From assembly GCA_965603825.1 (NCBI GenBank), contig CBFDEM010000015.1, positions 496,001 to 560,000 of the forward strand: a stretch of 64,000 bases of DNA, given 5' to 3'. Positions 12,687 through 24,681 of the stretch are shown piece after piece. This DNA is from Blepharisma stoltei ATCC 30299. Lineage: Eukaryota > Protista > Ciliophora. Each line of letters begins with the position of its first letter. Position 1 is the stretch's first letter. The translations under genes were made by a program, and so were the position numbers. Below the pieces are notes generated by a model. The model did no database searches. It was not told the DNA's origin and saw only the letters and a list, made by a program, of their open reading frames with translations.

Positions 12687-13361
12687 TTAATGCCAAATAT
12701 TTTCTCTATTGGCTACTGCTCTTTCAAACCCTCGCTTATTCACAAGTGCTTCTTCATATTGTTCATAGAGCTTTTTGACCTTAAACATTTTGGTGATATA
12801 TTTTGCATAGGTTTTAATCCATTGGACAATGACATTTTCTTTGCTTTTTTCGTATTCCTGCTCTATTTCCTTGAACTTTTCACTTCTGATCTGGCTCAAA
12901 ATCGAGTCTTTTACTTCTTCAGTTGCTTTTTTGACGTCTAGTTTTTCACAGTACTTGATAGCGAATTCTTTATTTAAGTGAGTCATGATTTCGTCTTTAT
13001 CCGTAATTTCAGTGTTTGTATAGCATAATAAGAAAAGGCTGCAGAGCTGGACAAATTTTTCGTCGTCCCAGTTTACTTCATTGAAATTGAATGAGTTTAC
13101 TTCTCTCGCAGCAAAGTAAAGCTCTTTAGATAGTCCTGGGGTCTCATCTTTTTGGGATTCAGTTTCGAAAACTTTGATTTCTTCTTTCAACTGAGGGATT
13201 CTTTGGCTTGCGAGCTGGATTACATCTTCTTTGCATTGAAGCCAAGATTCTCGAAGCCTTGAATTGACTCCTCCAAGCTGAATGACGGTTGAGGAGTCAT
13301 TTAGAAAAGGAATTATATGATGCCTGAGAACATCTACTGGAACATGATCGAATTTGGCCAT
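12687..13361 (-). CDS. Hypothetical protein with F-box-like N-terminus, 224 aa
   Basis: FDHVPVDVLRHHIIPFL..LGGVNSRLR resembles an F-box; intact ATG..TAA ORF. Confidence 0.65.
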   Translation of the reverse strand: MAKFDHVPVDVLRHHIIPFLNDSSTVIQLGGVNSRLRESWLQCKEDVIQLASQRIPQLKEEIKVFETESQKDETPGLSKELYFAAREVNSFNFNEVNWDDEKFVQLCSLFLLCYTNTEITDKDEIMTHLNKEFAIKYCEKLDVKKATEEVKDSILSQIRSEKFKEIEQEYEKSKENVIVQWIKTYAKYITKMFKVKKLYEQYEEALVNKRGFERAVANRENIWH

Positions 13362-13565
13362 TTAATTTACAACTGGCAGAGTCTATTGAATTTGGAATAT
13401 TTTGTCAATATGCAGAATAAAATGAGATTAGATGCCTGTAATTAACAAATTAAGTATAATTTTTCTAATTGAATTTTAATTAATTTTCATCAGCTGGTCA
13501 GGGATTATTTTCAATTGATGCATTTCAGTAGCAGCCATAATCAATTTTAAAAGATGATGAACATT

Positions 13566-13619
13566 AATCTCGGTTCTCATCGAAATATATAAAATCTCGG
13601 CTCTCATCGAAATATATAA
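13566..13619. repeat. Tandem 27-bp duplication with one mismatch in a divergent intergenic region
   Basis: aatctcggttctcatcgaaatatataa followed directly by aatctcggctctcatcgaaatatataa. Confidence 0.9.
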
Positions 13620-13716
13620 ATTTAGATAGCTATCTTATTAGAATTCATCTTGATATCGATATAATTAGCTGAATATATAAGGAAAAAATGCTTGAGAATA
13701 GAATAATAGAAGTTAT

Positions 13717-14628
13717 ATGGCTGATCAAGCCCAAAAACGAACCTATGCTCCTCTGCAACAGCTAACGCGCGTTGAAAGTGAAATAACAAACGTTGGAAAA
13801 CATTTTAAAAGCTCAAAAAAGCGCTTCAGATGGACTTTCAATTTTAACTCAAAAGCTTATGATATCATACTTTTCTCAAGCAAGTATTCTGGAAGAAGGA
13901 CCTTGATTATCAATGGGAATAAAGAAATAGAAACATATAAGCCCAGCTGTGTCTTGGAAAATGTGTATAATTTTATTCTTGATAACTGCAACTTTCAAAT
14001 CTATGAATATCATTACTCAAGATTTGACATTAAATATGATAAGGCAATTTATGATAATTCTCCTTCTAATTGAGATTCTGCAGATTTATATTCAAAAGAA
14101 CTAGAAAGGAGTTCATTTGCATCTACTGGGCAGGGAAGATTATCGTCTTCAGAAATAGAAATTGAAGGCCAAAATCAGGTTAATGAGTATCGTCCAGCAG
14201 CTAAAAAGACAAATGCTGAATTACACGAAGCATTTTACAAGAATAACTGCGGGCCAAGAAAATATTTGAAAGAGGAAATAAATGATTATGGGCAATTCAG
14301 CACGTATGCAAAAACCGAAACCACATGAGACGAATACAATTCACAGTGGGAAGTAAAAGCCACTACTTATAATAAAAATCATTCAACTTTTGGAGCCAAA
14401 AAACTGCAGCCTTCATCCAGTGTGAAGACAATAGATCTTCTCGGACTTTCTGAAAATAATGAAACTCCAACGGATATATTTTTTCCACTGTCAACAAGAA
14501 GCAGTATATCCCATTACAGCACAGCCCGTAGATCTACAAATCCTTTCGACGATGATTACATTAACGATGATAATTTTTTTTCTAAAGAATGGGCCACACC
14601 CAAATCAAGTCACAATTATTACAAATAA
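13717..14628 (+). CDS. Protein with FAIM1-like N-terminal beta domain and disordered tail carrying DLL/NPF motifs, 303 aa
   Basis: TGA 14071 and 14326 read as W join ORFs in one frame to TAA 14626-14628. WTF..YDIIL..SGRRTLIING resembles FAIM1. Confidence 0.65.
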
Positions 14629-14725
14629 TAAAGCAATTAATTAATTGTGAGAAAATCGAAAAACAATAATTTCTTTGCACATTAAAATAATTAATTTTAT
14701 AAAGGTATCCGTTTTACAATATACA

Positions 14726-15162
14726 ATGAGAAGATACTTAGTTTTTGCTTTGCTTGTTCTAGGGTGTGTAACTTTAGAATCTAAACAATATAGTACTGAT
14801 ACAGATGGAAACAAAAAATTTCTTCAAGCCTTATCAGAGCCAAGAATATTAAAATTTAGCGGCCAACCTACCAGTATGTAATATATAGAGATTTAATGCA
14901 ACTGAGCAATGATGGCTCAGGGGAAGATGATGATGGACTTGAAGATGATACCAAAGTATTAAGCGTATTTTTACTAAATTTTATTGTTTGCGTTATTTGC
15001 TGTGGGATGGTTCAAGGTGTTATGATACTTAGCAAAAAAATGAATAGCGAATTGAATCTATTGAAAAAAAATTATAAGCAATATCAGGGATATATGAAAT
15101 TCAGAGAATTCAGAAAGGCTTATGCAGATGAACAAAAGAAAAAAGAAAGTGAAAATAATTAA
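14726..15162 (+). CDS. Small type I membrane protein (signal peptide plus one TM), exon join uncertain
   Basis: MRRYLVFALLVLGC signal. Joining to the TM-containing ORF requires a 17-nt intron 14874-14890; the 15-nt alternative 14874-14888 gives a stop after two codons. Confidence 0.5.
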
Positions 15163-15273
15163 AAAATAAGCCAAATATTTTTCTTACAAATGAATTTTAT
15201 TTTCTAGTAATATCTCTTAGTTGAAAAGTATCATTAGATATTTAAAGTTTCTCTCTTTTAATTCCAAATAAGC

Positions 15274-16260
15274 ATGGACGAAAATACAGATATCAAAGAT
15301 AGCTCTGAAAATAATATTTCAGAGCTTGAGTCATATATTTTAGAGCTCAACAAGAAGGCCATGACAAATTTAGATTCCCCTAAAGAGTCGCTTCAGTTTT
15401 TGCAGGAAGCTGAAAAGATTTTGCTTGACGGGGCAAATCCTGAAATATCCAATATGCAAAACCGATTGAAATTAACTTCTATTACATTCAATAATTTTGG
15501 CTGCTATTATAAACGAACCAAGCAGCCAAATGTAGCTTTATTTTACCTAAAACAAGCTTTTAAGCTTGAAGTCCAAACATATTCAGATCCTGCAGCAATT
15601 GCATCAACTCAGCTCAATATCTGTGCCATAAATTCACAGCTTGGCAAACATGATATTGCGCTGAATTATGCAATTCAAGCCTTAAGCTTGCTTAAAGATA
15701 TAGAAAATAGTGACGAAAATTTAGCTGAAAATGCTGTAACGACATTGATTGTTGCTCACTATAATGTAGGAGTAGAAAATGAATACCTTCAAAAATTTGA
15801 TCATGCTTTAGAGCATTATCAAAAAGGCTATGATTTTGCATTAAAACATTTAGGCCCAAGCAACCAATTGACTGAAAATCTGTTTAATAGCTTGATGCAG
15901 TCAAGTAAGCGATATGGAGCATTTAATGTTTTTCAACAAACTCGTCAGAATAAGCGAGAACTAAGCAGAGTCATTTCCCACAGTCTTACTCCATCTCTAA
16001 AATCAAGGAAACCTGAAATTCTTGATAATATTTCAAGGCTAAACACAGGGTATCGAAAAACTCCAATACCAAAAATGAGGTCACGGAAAAAAATTACCCC
16101 AGAAATGAATTTAAATCAAAGCTACACTTATAACCCCACCTATAATCCAAGCTCCCCAATTGATCGAAAAAGACTAATAGAACTAGGTATTGGTGGAACA
16201 AGAAAATATTTAGATGCGACTAGGCGTCTAAAAATGTACTGTGCTAAGATTATATCTTAA
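15274..16260 (+). CDS. TPR-repeat protein, 328 aa
   Basis: TFNNFGCYYKR..ALFYL, TQLNICAI.SQLGKH..AL, IVAHYNVGVE.EYL; intact ORF. Confidence 0.85.
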   Translation: MDENTDIKDSSENNISELESYILELNKKAMTNLDSPKESLQFLQEAEKILLDGANPEISNMQNRLKLTSITFNNFGCYYKRTKQPNVALFYLKQAFKLEVQTYSDPAAIASTQLNICAINSQLGKHDIALNYAIQALSLLKDIENSDENLAENAVTTLIVAHYNVGVENEYLQKFDHALEHYQKGYDFALKHLGPSNQLTENLFNSLMQSSKRYGAFNVFQQTRQNKRELSRVISHSLTPSLKSRKPEILDNISRLNTGYRKTPIPKMRSRKKITPEMNLNQSYTYNPTYNPSSPIDRKRLIELGIGGTRKYLDATRRLKMYCAKIIS

Positions 16261-16275
16261 CTTATAAATATCTAA

Positions 16276-17010
16276 TTACATGAATAAATCAGTCATTTTC
16301 CCTTTTCTCTCCTTTTTAGAAGTTGGGTTAAACGTTTTTACTCTTTTTTTGGCTCTCATAAACTTAGGCTGGGTGTTTTCTTTTCATGACTTTGGAGTTA
16401 TAAAAGCTGATTGAGTAATAGAACTAATTGAAGGCAATGCTGGGCATGATGAATAAGCGTTTATGATGCCTGCTGTTTTAGGCTGAGGTCTTGAGAAATA
16501 ATTTCCAAATTTCTTGATTTCTCTTTTAAGAAAAAGGTTTTTATTAGTAAGCTCGTCTAGCCTTGAAAAGTCTTGAAATATCCTTACACGACCATCATAA
16601 GGCTGAGATTCTGGCTTAGGTTTAGGAGGCTCAACCACATTTTCAATGCTTCTTCTGTTTTTTGATTTATTTCTTGCGTCGATGTCATAAATACTTAGAG
16701 AAAAAGGAGTTTTAGGCTTGGGAAAAACAAGGGTTTGCTTGGCTCTGGGTTTTCCGGGCTTAAAATCAAATTGATTGAATATTTGACCTTGGAAGGAAAA
16801 CTGCTTTATCTCATCTAGCTTGAGGGACTGGGATAGTTGTTTTGGTGAAAGCTTTATGGACTGTGATAATTCTCTTTCTGATTTTTCTGGCTCTAATATA
16901 ACTTTGAACTGATGAGAAAGGCAGCAAATAGCGGGTTCGTCTTTTCTTGTTATTACGTTAAATGTGCTTGCAGGGAGTTTGGTATTTTTCGAAAGATGGG
17001 GTTTTGCCAT
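16276..17010 (-). CDS. Hypothetical basic low-complexity protein, 244 aa
   Basis: ATG 17010; TGA 16384-16386 read through to TAA 16276-16278. Confidence 0.6.
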
Positions 17011-17395
17011 ACTACTTAAAAAAATTATTAATTATAGCCTATAATGTATCATTAATAAAAGAAGTATGCAATTATAACGTATGAGTATTTTAAATCAAAT
17101 TAAGCTTAGTTATATTTTAATACTTTCCTGTAGGTTTCTTTACTTAAATATCTTGAAATGCTAAATTAAATAAATAGAAATAAATTTCTTGAATATAAAA
17201 AACACATCTATTTTACTATCTAAAACTCCAGTCAAAAATACTCAAGATCCAAATTAAAAATTAAGCTTAAATTCTTCCAAAACATCCATTTTAAAAATTA
17301 AAAATATCTTTAAAAAATAATCCATACAAATCACGATTTCTTGCCATCAGATAAAATGTCTGACCAAATTTAATATATTATATTTTTCCTTATTT

Positions 17396-18847
17396 ATGAA
17401 AGTTTCTAAAAAATACCAAGGGATAATAGCCCTTACAGGATGCTTTGTCTCAAATATGGTAATGCCAAGTAAGGTTTCAGGAACACTAAATATTTGAGGC
17501 ATTATCAGCCTATATTTTACTTCTTATTTCCATTCACTAGACAGTTCAGTCACACAGTCTAAGATGTATTTGGGCTTATCAGTATCATATTTGTTTGATT
17601 CACTTACGCTGAGTAAATAATATACAGTTCTTGCCTCTTATCTTTGCCGAAAGATAGGCTGCAAATGGGTGGCACTATTAGGAGCGATATTTGCAGCTTT
17701 CTTTTTGTTTTTGAGCTCTTTTATGACCAAGTATTATGCATTTTGTTTACTTTATGGGCTAAATGCAGGGATTGCGTCAGGGATGATCAGTATGCCTGCC
17801 ATTTGGGCTTGCTGAGGATTTTATTCTAAAAGGATTGGTCTGATATCAAGCATTGGACTTGCTGGGAAAAGTATCGGCCCAACAGTATTTGGGTTTTTGT
17901 GAGCTTGATTAATAAATCCAAATAATGAAAGCATCAAAAATAATAATAAAAATGACCAATATTTTGCCTCGTATGTAAATAATAATGTTCCAGGTGCTAT
18001 CAGATGAGTTTCGTTAGCTTATTTTATTACAGCTATATTCGGGATTTGTATGATTTGCAATAAAAAACATGAAAAATCAGAAGAAAAAGAAAATAAAACC
18101 TCGATGAAACTTATTGAGGTAATTAAACAAAAAAGATTTTGGCTTCTGACGATGCTGTTTTATTTTTTCTATATTTTTTATGTGTACTTATTATCAGAAT
18201 ATAAAGAGTTTGGGACAACCCAGATAAACGATGACTTATTTTTTACATGCATTGGAGCGATTGGATTTTTATTGGGTGGGATGTCGCGCCTGCTTTGTGG
18301 GTATTTTCTTGATAAGTTTTTATGATGAAAGGTAGCTTTAACTTCAGCATCAATTCAAATATGTATAAGTTTGTCTATTTATTATATTGTTGTAAGTGAA
18401 GTTTTATATGCAGTCTGAGTTTTGATAGGCTTTATATTCGTTAGCTGTACTGGCCTTGTTCTAGTAATGACATGCAAAGCAATTTATCCCCATGATGATT
18501 GAATTTTATCATATTCGAACACTGGATTTACATTATTAATTGGATCGCTTTATGCCTACCAGTTACTAGTTTTCCCTGTATTTCATATATAGATTATAGG
18601 CTATCAAGGCACATTTTTTGTTATGGCTGGTTGCTTATTAGCCAGCATTATTATTATATTAGTTTTAAAGCAATGCAAATGTCTTCAAAGTTATCAAGCT
18701 TCAAGCAACCCTGAATCATCACCTATAGAGGCCCAAAAAATGCAAGCAGGTGAAAGCACAGAATCTAACTCTTCTTCTGGTACAAATAATAACAAAGAAG
18801 AGCAAATAATAACTACATTGAATACACACAAAATAATAAATTTATAA
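17396..18847 (+). CDS. MFS transporter (oxalate/formate antiporter or MCT-like), about 468 aa
   Basis: One frame throughout with many TGA=W (including TGA-TGA 18323-18328). 15-nt introns 17613-17627 and 18578-18592 (required) and 17459-17473 (probable). About 12 hydrophobic segments; INPNN loop; SRLLCG..LDKF motif. Confidence 0.82.
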
Positions 18848-18998
18848 TGTTTTATATAAATTTATAATAAAAAATAGCTTAAACATAATAAAGCTGACCC
18901 ATTTTGCTTATATATATTGTCCCAAAGCAAGCCTAATTCCTATATTTCTCATGTTGATAATCCACATAATTTTCTTATGATAATTATGTCTAATTATA

Positions 18999-20345
18999 AT
19001 GTTTTTCTTCATTTTATTCGCGACTAGCGCTGCCGTGATCTATTTCCCTATCGAAAAAGAAGAAGAAATCACCTTTGGTAAGCTTTATAAAGATTTCGAC
19101 ACTTCTGGATTTTTATCTCTTTCTGCAAATACAACAGCGCAGTTATCCAATCTTCAAAACGTATTTTCTATTTAGATGCAATATAAAGGCCAAATCCAAA
19201 TAGGCTCACCACCTCAGAAGTTTAAAGTGATTTTCGACACTGGGAGCTCAGTAAGCTTTATTTAGTGACTTTGGGTTGTTTCCAAAGACTGTGATAAATG
19301 CCACTCAGTCACTAATTCTTTCAACAAGAAGAAATCAGCTACATTTGTTGATAGAGAAATACCAAAAACACTGATTTATGGAAAAGGGGCTTGTGCAGGA
19401 AATATATCGTCTGATCTTGTATTTATTGGGGATAAAGGTACGCTTAACCCTGTTATGCAGGATTTTATTTTGGTCTCCAAAGATAAAGATTTTAGTGGGA
19501 TGCAGGCGGATGGGATATTAGGAATGGGATTTGATGGGCTGAGTGACAGTATTCCGCCATTAATTCAAAACATGAAAGAAAGCAGTATTATAGAGAACGC
19601 GACTTTTTCTGTGTTTTTGAGTGATAATGGATATGGGAAGTCAAATACAAATCTTCAGTCTATGGTTATTATAGGAGGCTATGATTTAGACAAATATGCT
19701 AAAGAAAAAGAAATTACTTATTTGCCTGTCATAACTTATCCTGGATATTGGACAGTTAGGTTGTCAAGGATCTTTATAGATTCAACACCCATTGTTTTAG
19801 CATCAAGTCTAGCTATAGTCGATACAGGAACATCATTCCTCATAGGCCCTACCACTGAGGTAAACCAAATCTACAGTTATCTTCAACGGAGTTTTGGCTG
19901 CAGCTTATCCAACTCCAATCTAATTTGTGACTGCGGAAATTCCCATTCATTATCTGATTACCCAGATCTTGGATTTGTATTCTCTGATAATGTAAAGTTT
20001 ACCTTGAGCCCACATCATTATTTTATGAAAAGTGGCAGAAATTGCTTGCTTTTAATGGCTACAATGGGAGATTCTTATATGTGGGTGCTTGGTGATGTAT
20101 TTTTGAGGAAATATTATACGATTTATGATATGGATAATAGAAGGGTCGGATTTGCTGAGTCTGTAAATGAAGATGTGTCAGGAGAAGAAAGCTCGAGAAT
20201 AGTGAGACTTCTACTCGTAGCTGGAGGGATGATATTGTGTGGAGTACTTTTAATTGGACTGAGAATTCTCTACAAGAAGTACACCAGAAGGAATAGACTG
20301 CCATTAGATAATTCAATTGATCTCCCACTTAGATCAAACAATTAA
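18999..20345 (+). CDS. Pepsin-like aspartic protease (A1) with signal peptide and C-terminal TM anchor, about 433 aa
   Basis: Splicing 15-nt introns 19161-19175 and 19251-19265 (probably also 19078-19092) yields [25 protein letters not shown](TGA)-LWV. Second catalytic DTGTS, DGILGMG, WVLGDVFLRKYYTIYD. Confidence 0.92.
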
Positions 20346-20468
20346 ATATAACCATACCATACCATATTAATTTTAATTTTTTAATTATGCTATATGATTA
20401 ATAGAAGTTTAAAATATTGAAACAAGTCTATGAAAATTGACTCAAGAATAAATTTTAATATTTTGCAG

Positions 20469-21899
20469 TTAATTTAATGACTCAATTTTGAGAATTTCTT
20501 TGAATTCATCAAAACTAATATATCCTTTGTCTTTAGAATCGACTTCTGCAATCGCTTTTTCTCCATCAATTCCTTTTCTGCCACTTCTTTTAATGGCTTC
20601 TTCAAAGGACTCTGCTGTGATTTTTCCATTGCCCTTGACATCAAAATGCTTAAAAATTCTTAACAAGAGGTCTTCATCCACTATATCTTTAGCTGCTAAG
20701 GTAGCTGCTAAAAACTCAGAATAGCTTAATCTCCCATCTCCATTTCCATCTGCATTTAGAAAACAAATCTCCAGCTCTTTATTAATATTGTTATAATTGT
20801 CATCTTTCAACGCATCTTCAATATCCTGAAGCGTCAAAAATCCTTCATTATTTTTATCTAATGATAAAAAGGCTTCTTTTAGATCTGCAATCTGATATGA
20901 CTCTAGATCTCTTACTAAAAAGCCCATAGCTTCTCTTTGAAAAGTACTTTTAACCCGAAATCTGCGAAAACTATCGATGATTTTTGGATTAATCCTCTGA
21001 GAATGGTTCATTTCTAAGTACTTGAACCATGGATGATGTAAGGCATTTTCTGCGGTAATTCTATTACTTACATCAACTGTTAATAGTTGATGGATTAAGT
21101 CCTTTGCCAGTCCACTGATTTCTTTTCAAATGCTATCTGTAAACTCAAAATTCCCATCCATGATTTGTTTAAAAATTTTAACTTTGTTTTCGCCATAAAA
21201 GGGGAAATTTCCACACAAAAGGGCATACATGATAACTCCAGCACTCCATAAATCACATTCAGGGCCATAGACCCCTTTAAGGACTTCAGGAGCTACATAA
21301 TATGGAGTTCCTACAATTGAGCTCATTTTATTAGAGGAGTTTCTGAATTTTTTTGACAGCCCAAAGTCAATTAATTTGAGCTCGGAATTTGGCTCATCAT
21401 CTTCGTACATGAAATTTTCACATTTCAAGTCTCTATGGCAAATATTTACTTTATGTAAATGATTAACAATTCCTAAAATTTTTTTCATGATTTCCCCTGC
21501 TTCTTTTTCTGTAAAATTTACTTTTTTTAACATTTTATCCATCAAATCTCCGCCTGTACAATATTCCATTACAATGTGATAGAATCTTTTCCCTTCATAA
21601 ATTTCATGGAGCTTTATTATATTTGGGTGATCCAAACTTGAAAGAATTTCAACTTCTAAATGCAATTGGCTAATACAGCGGACTCGAGCTTTATCTATAG
21701 ATTTTATTGCAACTTTGTGAGTAGGATTTTTTTTCGGGTACCCAATTCTAACCGCTCCAAAGTTTCCCATTCCAATAACTTTACCGATTTCATATTGTGT
21801 TGTAATGTCACAGTTATAGGTGGGCAGTCGGCTCTTTTTACGGCGGAGTCTGGGAATAGAAGGTGCTGGAGTTGAATCTTTGTTGCAAATATTGCCCAT
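20469..21899 (-). CDS. Calcium-dependent protein kinase with four EF-hands, 476 aa
   Basis: MGNIC, GMGNFG, HRDLK, DFG, APE. TGA 21126-21128=W joins the kinase to the EF-hands (DKNNEG, DGNGDG, DVKGNG, DSKDKG). Confidence 0.93.
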
Positions 21900-22049
21900 C
21901 GATTTTTAAAATTTATTAACCTATTAATTAAAACGTAAATTTGGCGATTTTAATATCTTAATTCTGAATTCCAGCATAATAATGCTGATCTGGTCTGGTT
22001 AGCATTATGGACTAAAGAAATGATAATTTTTTATTGGGTAAAATTAAAA

Positions 22050-22547
22050 ATGGGTCCGAATGGGTCTATTAAATCGAGAACAAGTTTGAAAAATCATATG
22101 CATAAAATAGATGATTTTATTTACTTAGGAGACCAATATAGTGTCCAAAATGATAAAGAATTGCAATTATGTGGAATAAAAAATATTTTGCAACTTTATG
22201 AAGTCCCTAGAAAAGAGCATTTGTATAATTATTGTGTGCTGCCTTTGCCAAGAGGAAAAAATTTTAGTATTTTGCCAGTTGTTCAAGAAAGCTTGAGGTT
22301 TATAGATCAAGCAATTTCTAGGGGAGAAAAAGTCTTGGTTCATTGTAAATTCGGCAAGAACAGAAGTGCTACCATTGTAATTGCTTATTATATGGCGAGC
22401 AGAGACTGAAGTTATAGACGTGCTTATGAATATATTTTAAATAATAGAGCAATAGTCCCAAGTAATGAGCTGAAAAATCAAATTTTATCAATTCATCATC
22501 AGCTCAGAACTTATCTGGATCCAAGTAAAGAAATTGTAAGAATTTAA
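22050..22547 (+). CDS. Dual-specificity phosphatase-like protein
   Basis: IYLG, VLVHCKFGKNRSATIVIAYYM. TGA 22407-22409=W. TAA 22545-22547. Start could be 22020, 22050 or 22098. Confidence 0.8.
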
Positions 22548-22887
22548 AATGATGGCCGAGCATGAAGAGATGAGTTATTTTAATATATAGCCTAAGCATC
22601 TAGATGAAATAATATTTTATGTATTCTATAGCATGAATGAATTTCCAGCTAAAAATCCAGTAATTTCAATATTAATTCCAAGTTAAGATATGCTTAAATA
22701 ATTTTCTAAATCCAATAAAGATCTAAAAAAGCATTTTTATAATTTTGCTCTCTTAACTAGGCTTATAAATTTAAATTTTGGTTTTAAAAATAATTGACAG
22801 CATATCTCAAGAAAGTAAAATTATAATAGGCTCTCATCCAGCTACAATAAAATTTTAATAATATGATTTTAATCCTTATAAATAACT

Positions 22888-23889
22888 TTAATTGGTAGAT
22901 ATCTTTTCTGGCCCATTAAGCTGGAGTTTTGCCTCTTCATACTTCAATGAAATTTCAGCGATATCTTTATCTTTTTCTCTTACCGTCTTCAATTTATCGG
23001 CTAGCACTTTTCCAAGTAAATCCAGCTCATTGCTAAGCTTAGTCGAAGTTTTACTGACTGTTAGATTTGATGTAATTTTTATAGTCCTTAGCTCTTGCTG
23101 CTTATCCTGTAGCTGCTTTTCTAGTCTTGCACATTGTGCTTTCTCTTGACTAATTTTTTCATTTAGTTCACTAATCATATGTTGTAAACTTCTTATATCT
23201 TGACCTTCAGTGCTTGCAGATTTCTGCATGATTTGTCTTTCGACATCTTCAATTTCTTCTTTCAGCTCCTTTTCAGTTTCTACACAGTTCTGGTAGTCAT
23301 CTTCTAGCTGCTGCAGTCTGCTTCTAGTGTCTTCATTATTTTTAAACCTAGCTGCAGCTTTTTCACAGTTTTCTTTAAGCCTTTTAGTTTCTGCTTCCGA
23401 TTTTTTATATTTAGCTGAGAGAGCTGCATTTTCTTGCTCCAATTGAGAAAGCTTTTTCTGGAGGTTCACAAAAAACTCATTAGCAGCAGTTGGGGATAAG
23501 TTTTCCCATTCTTGGAGCCCAGAATCTCCGATTTCTTCATTTTGCCTCTTTAAGTCTTCATTTTCTTTCTCTAAATTTGCGATTTGTTCATTAAGCTCTT
23601 CAAGCTGACTATCAGAAATTGGTAGAGGGTCTATTCGATTTTTTAATTCTTCACAGCTTTCTGATAGTTCAGAGTTAGTTTCTTGCAGCTTACTAAGTTG
23701 ATCAGTTAGCTCATCGATTTCTCCTTGGCAGTGTCTAAGGAGAGATTGCTTTTTGAGGGATTCGTCACGATCTCCAGATTGAGTCTCATCGATACTTTCA
23801 GCTTGGGCTATCTGCCTATTGAGCTTTATGACTTCTTCTTTCATATTAAGAATCTTTTTCTTGTAATTGTTGATAAGTTCGGGCTCCAT
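22888..23889 (-). CDS. Long coiled-coil protein, 333 aa
   Basis: Intact ORF with E/K/Q/L heptads. Confidence 0.8.
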   Translation of the reverse strand: MEPELINNYKKKILNMKEEVIKLNRQIAQAESIDETQSGDRDESLKKQSLLRHCQGEIDELTDQLSKLQETNSELSESCEELKNRIDPLPISDSQLEELNEQIANLEKENEDLKRQNEEIGDSGLQEWENLSPTAANEFFVNLQKKLSQLEQENAALSAKYKKSEAETKRLKENCEKAAARFKNNEDTRSRLQQLEDDYQNCVETEKELKEEIEDVERQIMQKSASTEGQDIRSLQHMISELNEKISQEKAQCARLEKQLQDKQQELRTIKITSNLTVSKTSTKLSNELDLLGKVLADKLKTVREKDKDIAEISLKYEEAKLQLNGPEKISTN

Positions 23890-24681
23890 TTATTATTACA
23901 GTGATTTTTTTTTGCTCAATTAAGCAATAGCAATCTTTTTAAAGCATTATTTAATAAAAATATAACTGAGGTCTCAGCTTTTTAATTATTATAATTTTAT
24001 TAAATATTGAAAAGGTAGGTTTACAAACTCAATAGTCAACAAAAATTTGTAAAATTTAATTTGAAAAATACATAAATGCTAATAAGATAATGGATATAAA
24101 CATGCAAATTTATAAAAAAAATCAATGATAATATTGCTGTACATTTTCATAAGGCAAATGCAAGCATAAAGCATTATTTTCAATTAAGTCTTAAACCTAA
24201 AATATAAAGATGCTTTACTATGATTATAATTTATATTTATAGCTCATCATATTTTAATTACTTATAATATATAAAGGCAAATTTATATTAATTTTAGAAG
24301 TATTATATATTTAATCATTTTAATTTTGAAAAAATGTTGAAAAAGCATTTTAATTTCTGAAACCTTAAAAGAAATCAATAAAATTTTTATCGCATTATTT
24401 ACTACTCCTTGTCAGCACGGATGAAGTGCATAATATTGAAAGATCATAAATAAATCATTCTAATTTTTGCTTATTATAACGTATTTAAACGAATAAGTCT
24501 TAAGTTTAATCCATTTTTTAATACAAAGATATTGTAAAATAATAATTAGCGGATATTATTTTTGAAGCAAAATTTTATTCAAAATATTTAGTGAAAAAAA
24601 ATATTGAGAGTTTTATATGCTATAGAAAAAGGATTTTATATTCATTTTTTTATTAATTATTATCAAAATTTGCAAGCTTAT

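Noticed and set aside
13566-13619. CRISPR-like array
   Set aside because: Only two abutting copies, no spacers, eukaryotic context.
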